Origin: Octopus bimaculoides
Taxonomy: Eukaryota
Assembly (NCBI RefSeq): GCF_001194135.2
Contig: NC_068981.1
Location: 108,192,410 to 108,244,050, forward strand
Direction of reading: 5' to 3'
Length of the DNA: 51,641 bases
The notes under the pieces were generated by a model. That model saw only the letters and a program-made list of their open reading frames with translations, had not been told where the DNA came from and ran no database searches. Each line of letters begins with the position of its first letter. Positions within the stretch are counted from its first letter, which is position 1. The position numbers were made by a program, and so were the translations under genes. Below are positions 1 to 34,080 of this stretch, one piece after another.

Positions 1-330
1 ATTTTGAGCGTGGCCGTTGCCAGTACCGCCTGACTGGCTCCTGTAGGATTTTCGAGCGAGATCGTTGCCAGTGCCCCTGGACTGGCTTGTGCGGGTGGCA
101 CATAAAAGACACCATTTCGAGCGTGGCCGTTTTCGTGCGGGTGACACGTAAAAGCACCCACTACACTCTCTGAGTGGTTGGCGTTAGGAAGGGCATCCAG
201 CTGTAGAAACTCTGCCAAATCAGACTGGAGCCTGGTGTTGCCATCCGGTTTCACCAGTCCTCAGTCAAATCGTCCAACCCATGCTAGCATGGAAAGCGGA
301 CGTTAAACGATGATGATGATGATGATGATT
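1..330 (+). mobile_element. SINE-type retroposon, 3' part with (GAT)n tail (runs off window start)
   Basis: GGCGTTAGGAAGGGCATCCAGC...CCATGCTAGCATGGAAAGCGGACGTTAAACGATGATGAT; internal imperfect repeats of TTTCGAGCGTGGCCGTT; a related copy is reversed at ~27640-27860. Confidence 0.75.
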
Positions 331-469
331 TAGTATGCCTGTGGCAAGATTAAATGAAATCAGTCTACATCATTATTATCTGTTCCTGTTCTTTTTATTT
401 TTGAGATTGTTTCCTTTTGGCTTTGATTCAGATTATATTCTTACACAAAATACCCAGTATGCCACAGAA

Positions 470-2930
470 AATTCAGCTTGTCTGGAGCTCAGTAGAGAAA
501 AACTTCTGAAGAAACAAGTAAAAAAATGCTGCTTGCTATATTGGTAAAAATACAATGCTTTACAAAACTTTTCTTTGCTTCAAAAACATAAAATTTAGAA
601 GCTAATGAAGTAGAATCAATACCAAATGTCCCTTTCAATGAACCAATCACTCACCTAAGAAGAATTGTTAAAAATAGGAGTAACATATCAATTCAAAATA
701 TTGATGATAAATCACCACATCCAATAGACATGGACAGTGGAATACCATCATGGAATCTAGATCCAACAGCGTAGTTTTCTCTGCCCCCCCCCCCAAGACA
801 TATGGATCCTTGTACTTTCATTCAAAATCAGCTAGATGTCAAAACAACAAAACCTCCAAACTCCTACCAGAATCTCAATGCCATTATCACTCAGGTGAAG
901 GTAAATCAGGATGGATACTATTGTTATTTTAAAAATTCAATATTTTATGCTATTCATGAAAATGGTAAGCAGTATTTGAGAAAGTGGCTACTCTACAGCC
1001 CATCAAAGTTTATTGTTTTTGCTGTCCTTTGATGTTAAGCCAATGTGATAGGTTTTCCAACAAGGATGGATTTAATGGTTGGAAAAAAGGGAATGTTCTC
1101 ATGTTAATAGGGGGCTGGAAAAACAGGTATAGGAAAACAATAAATACTTGACTGAAGTTTTTCCCCTTGTTATGGCTGTGACAGTATTTAAGAGATCCAG
1201 TATCTAAGAAATTAGTGAAGAGATCATAGAATCTAAGCACAATGGAAATTTTGAAGGAATTATGGAACTTATTGTGCAATTTGATCTATTTTTGATGGGT
1301 CATTTGAAAGTTATTTGGCAATCAAGTTAGTGGTAAGCAGTCATACTTACCACCTGCCATTTATGAAGAAATTATTCTATTGATGGCAAAATGTTAAAAA
1401 TTATATTGTAGCAGAACTTAAAACTGCCAAGTATTTCCCAGTTTCTGTAGATTCAAATTCAGACTGGGTTTATGTTGACCAGCTAATGGTTATTGTGTTA
1501 TGCTGTTTCTGGGGATCTGATAGGTGTTTAACTTTCCTGCAGATTGATTCTCACAAAGATAATATACTGGATACATCATTGTTAGAATTTCTTAAAAAAG
1601 AGGATATAAATTTTGAAGAATGCAGGTGGTAGGCTGGTCACTACACACAAATGCAAGCCAGACCTAAGGAAAAGAATATGGCTGCAGTTTTTATTTCCTC
1701 TGTTACTCATTTACAGAAACTTGTTGGACTGTTTCATACTGTGTTGATGCTGTTAACTATTTTGGTTTCATAAAGGTTATATATCTTTTTTCTGAATTAA
1801 CACAGATGAGCAAATCTTTATGAAATCTTTGGAAGGAAATAAAAGAGCAATGACTTTGAAATCTTTGTGAGATACTTGTTGGTCAGGCACTGGCAGACTC
1901 TCTTGAATCTGCTCTGATGGTCAAGATCTGGAATTTAATTCCTAAATGCTTTAGCAGTACAATTAAAGCATTTAAGGAGTTGAAGTTAGTCTGAATAAAG
2001 TTGTGGATCTAATTTGATTCTTTGGTAAACTTTCTGAAATCACTTCCTATTCCCCACTCATTTCAAGAGGCAAGAAATTACGGAGAATTGGAATTGGATG
2101 CCAGGAACAGGTGTGGAAACACAAAAAACAAAGGAAGAGAATCAAATATGAAATATATCCAGCATCAGCATCAGAGAAAGTTGTTCTTTTTGCAAAAGAA
2201 AAATTCAAATGTGGGACTTTCAATGTCATTTTAGGTCCATTTCCTGCCTTACAAAAATGCAGGGTAGCCTATCAATTAGTGCATGACAACTTCAAGTCAA
2301 CTTATGTAGTTTACCTGAGCAGAGATAAGAACTGAAGCTGAGAAACTCATTCCCGCTTTCCCCTGAGATTTTAGTAATGTGTACATAGAAGAAATTGCTA
2401 AGTAAGCAGTCTTTTGTCAGCTCAGGTCATTTCTCACTTTATCTCAACCGGTACTTTTAATTCATGATGAGTTTACCGATACCTTTCCAAGTGCTTATGT
2501 AGCTCTTAGAATATTTTTAAGCTTGATGGTCACTAGTTGTTCAGGAGAGAAGTTATTCAGTAAATTGGGACTGATAAAGAATTATCTTATAATCATAATG
2601 ACCTATGAAATACTAAGTGCTCTATGCCTTTTGTATGTAGAAAGCAGTATTCTAAAGCCAATGCAGTTAGAGGAATTTATTAAAGATTTTTCAGATACCA
2701 AGACTTTTTGTAGGTATTGTAGTACTATATAACTGTGAGGTGGTAAAACTTGCTGCATTTAGTTTAGATGAAAACTTTTGCATTGACAGATGTGTTCAAA
2801 CTTGTCAATTTCAATTGCAAACAATAGATGGGTTTTGAAATGTAAAGTTGGTGATTTGTCATGGATTTTAATTTTTATGTTCTCAAAGTAACTCCATCCT
2901 CCCAAGGTTTAAATCTGCACCTACCACCAC
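470..2930 (+). mobile_element. Decayed hAT-superfamily DNA transposon (ZMYM1-like transposase remnant)
   Basis: Fragments RKWLLYSPSK (TTF-type zinc-finger region) and VTSCSGEKLFSKLGLIKNYL...LCLLYVES...FIKDFS (hAT C-terminal dimerisation domain); many stops and frameshifts. Ends are approximate. Confidence 0.8.
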
Positions 2931-3027
2931 CCCTAGAATCTCAACACCTTTCAAACTAGTTTACCTACCATCAGACATTATCTCCTTGTTCCAACCCTTG
3001 GATTTAGAGTGTAATTTCTAACATCAA

Positions 3028-3175
3028 GACCTACTACTTTCAACAGTACTTATTTTATCAACCTCCGAAAGGATGAAGGGCTAAGTCAACCCCAGTGGAA
3101 TTTGAACTCAGAATGTAAAGATGGATGAAATGCTGCTAAACATCTTGCCTGGTGTGCTAATGATTCTGCCAGCTG
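3028..3175 (-). mobile_element. tRNA-derived SINE family A, CpG-decayed copy
   Basis: GAAAGGATGAAGGG..AAGTCAACC..GGAATTTGAACTCAGAA..GCTAATGATTCTGCCAGCT; same family as 22780 and 29401. Confidence 0.75.
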
Positions 3176-3401
3176 TCCAGATGACAAGTATTTGCATATC
3201 TAGGTACTGAAATTGCAGGTTACTTCCAAGAGTTTTATTAGTTATCCTGTTATTGTTTAGCCATGATCATCACAACTTTTCTCAGACATATATCAAGACT
3301 TTACATCTTTCTGTTATATGACATGCATAAAGGGAACTGACCAAGACTAATCCACAATAACAACCAGAATTAAAAGGTACGGATTAAAATATTTAGCTGA
3401 G

Positions 3402-3594
3402 TCCTTTTGATACCACCCATGGTTCTTTGATACAAACTTCCTGGTTTAGCGTCATCAAAATTTTATGTTAATTAGTTTCAAATTATCAGCTTAATAATGA
3501 CAAACTTATTTTCCTAAACTCTTCATTATCTTTTAAAATTTATAGAAACAAAGGCCAGTGTATATCAACAGAAATATGGTAACAAAAGGGCTAA
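3402..3594. mobile_element. Short non-autonomous TIR element (piggyBac-like MITE)
   Basis: TIRs CCTTTTGATACC (3403) and GGTAACAAAAGG (3578), 11/12 match; right end ...AGGG followed by CTAA (TTAA-like). Confidence 0.5.
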
Positions 3595-3975
3595 TTAACA
3601 CTGTTGCACTGTCAAAGATAGAGCTTTTGGATCCCTATGTGACATATCTTGCAAAACAGAGGTATTAATTACTTTCATTTAACTACAGATAGACGTCATA
3701 AGTGAAAACTGAAGATACTTATCCAGCTGAAACATCACAAGCGATATATATATATATATANNNNNNNNNNNNNNNNNNNNNNNNNNNNNNNNNNNNNNNN
3801 NNNNNNNNNNNNNNNNNNNNNNNNNNNNNNNNNNNTATATATGTATCAAACACCTCAAACAACCAAATAATTACTCATTGTATTAAAGAAGGAACTACTG
3901 TACATCATGAAACAAATTTCAAAATTCAAGAGTAAATAAAAACAAGTTTCACAAATAGGGAATATAAAAAATTAT

Positions 3976-4041
3976 TTTATTCAAATAAAAATGTGTCATG
4001 AATAGACGTAAGTGATAACTGTATTTGTTTGACAGTTTATT
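3976..4041 (-). terminator. Candidate polyadenylation signals of the UNC93-like gene
   Basis: Minus-strand AATAAA at 4041-4036 and 3981-3976, the latter followed by U/GU-rich sequence; ~620-690 nt downstream of the stop codon. Confidence 0.35.
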
Positions 4042-4481
4042 AGACTGTCTGACAAACACATAAATATATATCATATATTACAGTATAATCAATATGATTA
4101 TAGCAAATTTAATAATCAAATTTTTTGATAAAGGACATTATATGTGTGTGTATTTGTAGGGTTTCTACAGATTCCATCTATCAAATTGCCATGTCGGGCA
4201 AGCTGGCAGACAGAAATTACAGGGGTGGGGCCTGGCATATGCATGTGTGTGTGTGAGTGTATATGCGCATGTGCATGTGAATATACATCAGTGTTTATAT
4301 ATTCCATGCTCGTCACCGCTAGACCAGTCATTCTGCAGTTTTAAAGACATGTGGAATAAAGATCTCGCCTACCTGAAAAACAGGTAAGTGTTGGCAACAG
4401 AAAGTGCATCTGGCCATAAAATCCTGCCTCAAATAAATCTGTCCAATTTGATGGAAAATAGATGTTAAAATGAATGAACGA

Positions 4482-4482
<1 letters not shown>

Positions 4483-4518
<36 letters not shown>

Positions 4519-4535
4519 CATATACATACATATAT

Positions 4536-4603
<68 letters not shown>
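4483..4603. repeat. (TA)n/(CATA)n microsatellite in the predicted 3' UTR
   Basis: Direct sequence; begins ~60 bp downstream of the stop codon on the minus strand. Confidence 0.95.
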
Positions 4604-4605
<2 letters not shown>

Positions 4606-4661
4606 ATATGTAGATAGTATTGACAAGCTACACAGTACTAAAATACTGGTAAATCAATATT

Positions 4662-26679
<22,018 letters not shown>

Positions 26680-26871
26680 TTTTTTCTTATGATAACCGAC
26701 TTATAGTAAGTCAAAATGAACGGAGAAGAAACGTATCGCTTTCTTCGTAAAGGAGAAGATAGACTAAAAATAAAAACAGGCAATCAGATAGACAATTCAA
26801 AGCAGATAATTGCAGGAATTACTTGCAGTGCGTCTTCGGAGTTTAATAATCTGACAAAAGCCCCTTAATCG

Positions 26872-26898
26872 ATGACGTCATGAGAAGTAGGCGGAGCT
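26872..26898. promoter_or_regulatory. Candidate proximal promoter: CRE palindrome plus GC box
   Basis: Perfect 10-bp palindrome ATGACGTCAT (26872-26881) and GGCGGAGCT (26890-26898), ~200 bp upstream of the first ATG in CpG-retaining non-repeat DNA. Confidence 0.55.
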
Positions 26899-27484
26899 AA
26901 CAAAGAGGTTTACTCCGTTTAGCGATCATTCTTGTTTTTCATTATCGATTCCATTTTCTTTTCACTGCTGCTTATTTTAGTTGAATAGCTCAAACATCTG
27001 TGCTGAAACAGCAGTGTTCAATAAAACTGCAGAAAAGACAGTAGGATGAATAATGTAATGCAACGACTACATATCGATTACCAAAATAGATACAATATCT
27101 TAGATTGATAAGAGAAATGAAATATATTTGACGTTCATGATTCTTTCGAGTGTATATCATCTATCTCTCTTTACTTAATGGTAATAAAAATAATAATAAA
27201 CAAACACCTAAGGTTGAATTAAAGAGATATTAGATAAAATTAACCAAAAGTGTTGAAATGCTATTTAGTAAAAATACCGAAAAAAACTGTAATTAGAGTA
27301 TGCATAAATACTACGCTGATTTCTTTCCGCATAAATGCCCGCACATACGCACATAATGGCTGCAGTTTTTGCCGCAGTGATGTTTTGTACAACTACTGTA
27401 ATGGGTTTTGCTACACGACGAAGATACTGAGGTGAATGTCTTGGCTGGTAACTGATGTTTTTGTAAGAGATTAGAATATTTTTG

Positions 27485-27640
27485 TACGTACGTACGTACA
27501 TACATACATACATAGATACATACATACATACATACATACATACAGACAGACAGACGGGCAGATAGACAGACACACACACATACACATACAATACACACAC
27601 ACATACATACATACATACATACACACATACATACATACAT
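27485..27640. repeat. Compound (CATA)n/(CAGA)n/(CA)n microsatellite
   Basis: Direct sequence; forms the tail side of the adjacent SINE. Confidence 0.9.
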
Positions 27641-27860
27641 CATTTAACGTCCGTGTTCCAGGCTGGCATGGATGGGAGGTTTGACAGGATCCGATGGGCC
27701 CAAGAATTGCATCATGCTCTCATGTCTGCTTTAGCATGGTTTCTATGGCTGGATGCTCTTACAAAAGGCAACCACTTTACAGCATGTACTGGGCGCTTTT
27801 TTCATGCCTACAACACTAATGCGATTGCCGGGGTTTTAAGCTTGGAGATGAGGGGTTAAA
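27641..27860 (-). mobile_element. SINE-type retroposon, same 3' family as 1-330
   Basis: CATTTAACGTCCGTGTTCCAGGCTGGCATGG and TTTCTATGGCTGGATGCTCTT are reverse complements of the 1-330 motifs. Confidence 0.7.
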
Positions 27861-28289
27861 GTATAAAAGGTGGAAGAGCAAGATTTATGATTGTAGAGGA
27901 GCTTCATGGTGACTCATATTTAGAAGAGAAGATGAAAATGAACGGATGGGGCTGGAAAGAAATAAAATAGTAGTGATGATGTGTCCGGGTGGCCTTTCAA
28001 GGTACGAAGAATGAGTTGAGGAGTATGATTAGATAATCGTTTTGCAAAAAGTAAATGGGGAAGCGAGAGATGAGGACTGAGAGAGGAGAGGTAGGCAACA
28101 ACTGTAAAGACTGGGTAAGATTAAAGGGTGGATGTTGGGAATGGTGGAGAAGGGTTGGGAAATGAACAATGATGCATGAGTTGGGGAGGTTGAGAGTGCA
28201 GAAGAGACCGGGACAGAGCGGCAGGTAAATAATAATGATAGAAGTAGACAGGGGAAGGACAAGAAAGAGAGAGATTTATACGTATGTAT

Positions 28290-28668
28290 ATGTGTGTGTG
28301 TGTGTGTGTGTATTATACACACACGCGCACGCGTACGTAAATCTATCAACGACGGTCTTAGGTTCACCAAATCCATTTACAAGGCTTTGGTCGGCCAGGG
28401 GCAGAGCCGGCTCAAGGCACCGGCAACTCGAGTAGTCGCCCGGGGCGCCATGTGCTGCGGGTGGGGGGCATCAAGGAGGGCGTGACAAAGACAAGGAAAT
28501 TTCCACCACCGTCATCTTGTACACGCCGAACTTCAGCTTGCTCGGGGTTCCAGCAACCCTAGGGTCGGCCCTGATTAGGGGCTACAATGGAAGACACTTG
28601 TCCAAGATTGCTATACAATAGAACTGAACCCGGAATCATGTGGTTGAGAACCAACACAATCACGCCTA
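28290..28668 (-). mobile_element. CORE-like SINE family B copy interrupted by a MITE
   Basis: Halves CCAAATCCATTTACAAGGCTTTGGTCGGCC and CTACAATGGAAGACACTTGTCCAAG..GAACTGAACCC..CATGTGGTTG join into the family B consensus seen at 34081. Confidence 0.7.
28402..28573. mobile_element. hAT-type MITE (172 bp, GC-rich)
   Basis: Imperfect TIRs CAGAGCCGGCTC / AGGGTCGGCCCTG; degenerate 8-bp TSD GCCAGGGG / ATTAGGGG. Confidence 0.65.
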
Positions 28669-28740
28669 AAATTTCTTTATTGTAAATTCATTTATCTATC
28701 AATCTTTTCTATCTATCTGTTTATTTATCATCTATCAGTC

Positions 28741-28764
28741 TATCTCTGTGTGTGTGTGTGTGTG

Positions 28765-28841
<77 letters not shown>

Positions 28842-29095
28842 CTATTCTCTCTCTCTCTCTCTCTCTCTNNNNNNNNNNNNNNNNNNNNNNNNNNNNNNNN
28901 NNNNNNNNNNNNNNNNNNNNNNNNNNNNNNNNNNNNNNNNNNNNNNNNNNNNNNNNNNNNNNNNNNNNNNNNNNNNNNNNNNNNNNNNNNNNNNNNNNNN
29001 NNNNNNNNNNNNNNNNNNNNNNNNNNNNNNNNNNNNNNNNNNNNNNNNNNNNNNNNNNNNNNNNNNNNNNNNNNNNNNNNNNNNNNNNAGAGATA
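28741..29095. repeat. (TG)n/(TC)n/(TCTA)n microsatellite with N gap
   Basis: Direct sequence. Confidence 0.9.
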
Positions 29096-29175
29096 CAGGG
29101 CAGGGAATCGTCAATTAGTAATAAAGTTAATAATTAACAATTTTGTAGGATACTGCTAATCCCTATATATTTATG

Positions 29176-29214
<39 letters not shown>

Positions 29215-29400
29215 GAACAATATATTACTTCTCCTTCATCTTCCCTTGGTGTACCTCTTCTAATATACTACTGGTCATAACCAGCGAGTCTAAAGAAACG
29301 TCAATATTGCCCAGTCGATGCGAAGTCGATGCGAAGTCGATACGAAATCAATGCTAACACTCTGGCCAGCCTATATTATTTGACGATATATCTGCCCGGT

Positions 29401-29608
29401 TAAGGCGGCGAGCTGGCAGAATTGTTAGCGCGCCGGGCGAAGTGCTTAGCAGTATTTCGTCTGTCTTCAAGTTTTGAGTGCAAATGCCGCCGGGGTCGAC
29501 TTTGCCTTTCATCCTTTCGGGGTCGATAAATTAAGTATCGGTGAAACACTGGGGTCGATTACCTCATCCCCCAAAATTTCAGGCCTTGTGCCTAAAGTAG
29601 AAAGGGAT
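29401..29608 (+). mobile_element. tRNA-derived SINE family A, near-intact copy
   Basis: A-box-like TGGCAGAATTG, B-box-like GAGTGCAAATGCC, central GGTCGACTTTGCCTTTCATCCTTTCGGGGTCGATAAA, 3' GGCCTTGTGCCTAAAGTAGAAAGG. Confidence 0.9.
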
Positions 29609-29973
29609 ATATGTCCTCTGTTATTTATATTGAGCATGTTTTTGTTCCTAACTTATGACGTGTGTATATGTGTGTGTATGTATGTATGTGTGTGTGTACG
29701 TATGTGTGTGTATTAATATAATTCTCATGCAGAATCAGAGAGACACAAGGTTTAATAATGATTTACGTTTTAAATTACAGGCATAATCCACTCGATGGGC
29801 TCTATACATTTTCTGTTTAACCAATTTCGCTCACACGGCATGGGTTGATCCGAGGTTATAGAATATGACATCTTAGCTGTTATGCAGTGAGATCGACCCC
29901 AAAACTTCATATTTGCAAATTAATACGCGCGAGCAATGCTCATGCACGTATATAGACGTATATAAGTATTATT

Positions 29974-30198
29974 TTTACTTGTTTCAGTCATTTGACTGCG
30001 GCCATGCTGGAGCACCGCCTTTAGTCGAACAAATCGATCCCAGGACTTATTGTTTGTAAGCCTAGAACTTTTTCTACCGGTCTCTTTTGCCGAACCGCTA
30101 AGTTACGGGACATAAACACACCAATATCGGTTGCCAAGCAATGGTTAGGGTGGACAAACACAGACACACAAATACATACATATATATATATATATATA
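29974..30198 (-). mobile_element. SINE family B 3' half running into an N gap
   Basis: TTACTTGTTTCAGTCATTTGACTGCGGCCATGCTGGAGCACCGCC..TTTTGCCGAACCGCTAAGTTACGGG. Confidence 0.85.
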
Positions 30199-30738
30199 NN
30201 NNNNNNNNNNNNNNNNNNNNNNNNNNNNNNNNNNNNNNNNNNNNNNNNNNNNNNNNNNNNNNNNNNNNNNNNNNNNNNNNNNNNNNNNNNNNNNNNNNNN
30301 NNNNNNNNNNNNNNNNNNNNNNNNNNNNNNNNNNNNNNNNNNNNNNNNNNNNNNNNNNNNNNNNNNNNNNNNNNNNNNNNNNNNNNNNNNNNNNNNNNNN
30401 NNNNNNNNNNNNNNNNNNNNNNNNNNNNNNNNNNNNNNNNNNNNNNNNNNNNNNNNNNNNNNNNNNNNNNNNNNNNNNNNNNNNNNNNNNNNNNNNNNNN
30501 NNNNNNNNNNNNNNNNNNNNNNNNNNNNNNNNNNNNNNNNNNNNNNNNNNNNNNNNNNNNNNNNNNNNNNNNNNNNNNNNNNNNNNNNNNNNNNNNNNNA
30601 TCTAAGGACAACTGATTCGAAAGTTCCAGCTTCTATATCCTGATTACAAATTTACATTTATACCAAAAGTAATTGGTGCGCTTGGTTTTGTAAGTAAATG
30701 CCTAGCTAGATAAACTTGGATTTTCAGAAAAAATAGAT

Positions 30739-31145
30739 AAACTAGAAAAGCACTCGGAGAGCGCAGACCTCCGCCAAGCTCGTTTTAAGATAGATACGCG
30801 AGTAAAATTCCTAATAGAGAAACGAAAATAAACTTTGGAAACAGCAACGCCACCATAAGTTACGTAGAAACGATGAACGTGTTTTCAAGGAAGATAATCA
30901 AAGAACGTAACGTTGTAATACTTCAGGCAAAGTAAATATAACAAATGAAAAATCCTTCAAGAATCCATAAAAATTCCCAGATCACTACCAAAATTTCATC
31001 ATCTGTTCCTTGTGTCATTACCAACTTTTTCTGCAAGTGTCATCAAATACCGCTCACACCTTTTTGAGTTATTTTGCATACAGACGGACAGACAGACAAA
31101 CCAACGCCGATGAAAACATAACCTCCTTCCTTGGCGGAGGTAATA
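30739..31145 (+). mobile_element. Non-autonomous Helentron-type element (HINE/DINE-1-like architecture)
   Basis: Perfect 12-bp subterminal inverted repeats ACCTCCGCCAAG (30767-30778) / CTTGGCGGAGGT (31130-31141), 3' stem-loop ACCTCC..GGAGGT, and a CAGACGGACAGACAGAC microsatellite before the 3' end. Confidence 0.7.
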
Positions 31146-31367
31146 AATGAACCAACTGATTCGCACATTACAAATACAATCTTTAAGCAGAACAGTAAAA
31201 CTATGCGAGACTTTTCTCACGTTAAAAATGTGACACTGTTTTCGTTATGTACGTTCCAAAGTTGGAACTTTATATCTTTGTTAGAAATCAGCTCCTTCTT
31301 CAAAGTAAGAATTAAAATAATTTAAAAGACAGAAAAGAACACATACATACATACATACATACATACA

Positions 31368-31398
<31 letters not shown>

Positions 31399-31807
31399 CC
31401 ATATATATATATAGTCTGTGTGTATATGGGAATACACAAATATATATATGAATATATACCGTAATTATAAAACATATCATGAACCGGCAAACGCTCCTCA
31501 AAGACTTATCCAGAATTCCTGTGCTTAAGTCTCCAAAAGACTACATGCATTTCATTGCATAGAGTATCCCCTAGGACGTCATTGTTCATATCTTCTAATT
31601 CTTGTTCTGAATTCAAATTCTCCTGATGCTGGATTTCTTTCTCTGGTGCTGGAAAATATGCACTGGATTCAATCTAATCGACGAATCCCTTGGAAACAGT
31701 CTACTAAAATTAGTAAAAATAAAAATAAAAAACGAAAAATACGTGTTTGCGTGTGTAGAATGTAAGCATTGACATTTTCTTCGACGATATTACCTAAACC
31801 TAAAAGT

Positions 31808-32030
31808 TAAGGGGCCGAGCTGGTTGAATCGTTAGCAGCCCGGGCAAAATGCTTAGCAGCATTTCGTCCGTCTCTACATTCTGAGTTCAAATTCCGCCGA
31901 GGTCGAATTTACCTTTCACCCTTTCGGGGTCGATAAAATAAGTATCAGTTGAGCACTGGGGTCAATGTAATCGAATTGCCTCCATCCCTGAACTTTCTGG
32001 CTTTGTGCCAGAATTAGAAATCAATATTAC
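31808..32030 (+). mobile_element. tRNA-derived SINE family A copy
   Basis: GAGCTGGTTGAATCGTTAGC..CTGAGTTCAAATTCCGCCGAGGTCGA..CTTTCGGGGTCGATAAAATAAGTATCAG. Confidence 0.88.
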
Positions 32031-32877
32031 CTAAAAGACGGTTGTGAAAGCCAGATGTCAGGCGCTCATCTTCGGCCTGCACTTGAACCAGAACTGCAGC
32101 TTCGGGACATGGCGATTTGAGAGCTGGGGGTTGACAAATAACGATTACATTTGCTCAGTGCATATGTAGATGCTGCAGTCGCAACATCCGATTATGCATC
32201 ATCGTCATCCTCTGACACACAAATTTACTCTGGAAAGAGAAAGCATCAACAGTAGATGGACCTAATAATTAGAGGCATCCCTTTCTGCAACACGAAGCAA
32301 AAGATCAAACATGCCACTCCAATGAGATGTTCCTATGAGCACGACATAGAGGTCAAAAAATAGTAAAATACCACAAAAGGAATGAATCTATTAAACAATT
32401 TTGCTCTCCATTTTATTGCAATCCAAGAAAGGCCACATTATGACCTATTTCCTGTGTTCGCCACTGTTGCCTGACTTTTCACTGATAAACTTCTTGTTTC
32501 CTTCTGTCTTCTTATGCAAGTATATTCTCGGTCAATCAAGATGTTTTTCAACTCATGTTACATATATGAGCCCCACCGTATGCATATCTAATATACAGAA
32601 TATTTCCCTGAGAATGTGATTGAGGGAATTTTCCCTGTCATATTGTTTATGATTGTCCACCTTGACTGTCAATTCCTTATTTAGACAATATACTTACTGG
32701 GGCATTATATTTTGTGGGAAGAAATAAGCGACTGCATCAACCTTTAATACTTAGATTTATTTTTCGGTGAGAGTGAATTGTAAATATGACATTCGCAGGA
32801 CTTAAATTTCAGAACGTAAGCTGATGCAATAAAATACATTTTACCCCATCACTACCATTCTCATTTTCCTCAGCTCT

Positions 32878-32943
<66 letters not shown>

Positions 32944-32970
32944 CGATGACGACGAGGTGGAGGAGGAGGA
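32878..32970. repeat. (GAT)n trinucleotide tract grading into (GAC)n/(GAG)n
   Basis: Direct sequence. Confidence 0.9.
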
Positions 32971-33128
32971 AGATTTCTAATTGTGGTAAAAACCCAGATT
33001 TATGTACAGTGCTGTAGCCGACTTAATAGTTTAGGGCTACTACAGGATTTGAAGTCAACTGCAGCAGGGCGATAGGCATTTTTTTTCTTTTTTACTGAAC
33101 ACTATAAGCATGTACTATTATGCAGGAC

Positions 33129-33296
33129 CAGGGTCGTCTTAACAGCATTATAGGTCCGGGGAAAATCAGTGAACTGGGTCCTATAGCGTTTACTTATTGA
33201 CAGCAAGTCACAGCTCACATAGATCAGAATCGCACCCCTAGACCCGTGAGGACTCTGGACAACTGCCCAGAGTGCCCATGTCTTAGGACGGTATTG
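33129..33296. mobile_element. hAT-type MITE (168 bp), older
   Basis: Imperfect TIRs CAGGGTCGTCTTAA / TTAGGACGGTATTG; flanks TGCAGGAC / TGTAGGGA resemble a decayed 8-bp TSD. Confidence 0.5.
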
Positions 33297-33344
33297 TGTA
33301 GGGACTAATTAATTTATATACTGCAATTTATACTCGCGTGTACG

Positions 33345-33645
33345 TACACACATATACAAACATGCATACATATATACATACATACATACATACATACATG
33401 TATACAAACATGCATGCACATATGCATACATACTTGCATGTATACAAACATGCATGCATGCACGTATACATATATACATACGTACGTACATACATACAAA
33501 CATGTATGCATACGTACGTACGTTCATACATACATACATACACGCATGTACACATACATGCATGCATACATACACGCATGCATACACACATACATACATA
33601 CATACATACATACATACATACATACATACATACATACATACATGC
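33345..33645. repeat. Compound (CATA)n/(CATG)n/(TACG)n microsatellite
   Basis: Direct sequence. Confidence 0.92.
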
Positions 33646-34080
33646 ATAAATACATTGCAACCTAAATATACAGGGTCACGAGATATAGGATTAGAACGTG
33701 TGAGTTTCTCAGCCCACGCATTTTAACCCACAAATTCAAAAAATGACGCATCCTCTCGTGCCTGTATTGTTAAAATGGTAATTTATATCTTAAAGTCACA
33801 AGAAGAAATGAAAGTAAAAAAAAAAACATAAGCTTCCACACTGCTTGTGCAAAGGAATAAAATAAGTCAACCAGTAAAATGTTAGGCCTTCGTTCGCACA
33901 ACATTGGTGATGATGTTGGTCCTGAAATATCACGAAAAAGCCACGTGTACGAACCTCGCTCTCTTTTTGAGACACGCGGACTTGAGAAATAGACTTAAAG
34001 GCGGGTACTATATTCGCCTTTGCAGAGAAAAAAAATTGAGTACGTGCATAATTATTTCTATCACTATTTTTATAAGGCGT

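Noticed and set aside
32878-32970. Poly-Asp/Glu-like coding stretch
   Set aside because: No surrounding ORF or splice context; simple trinucleotide microsatellite.
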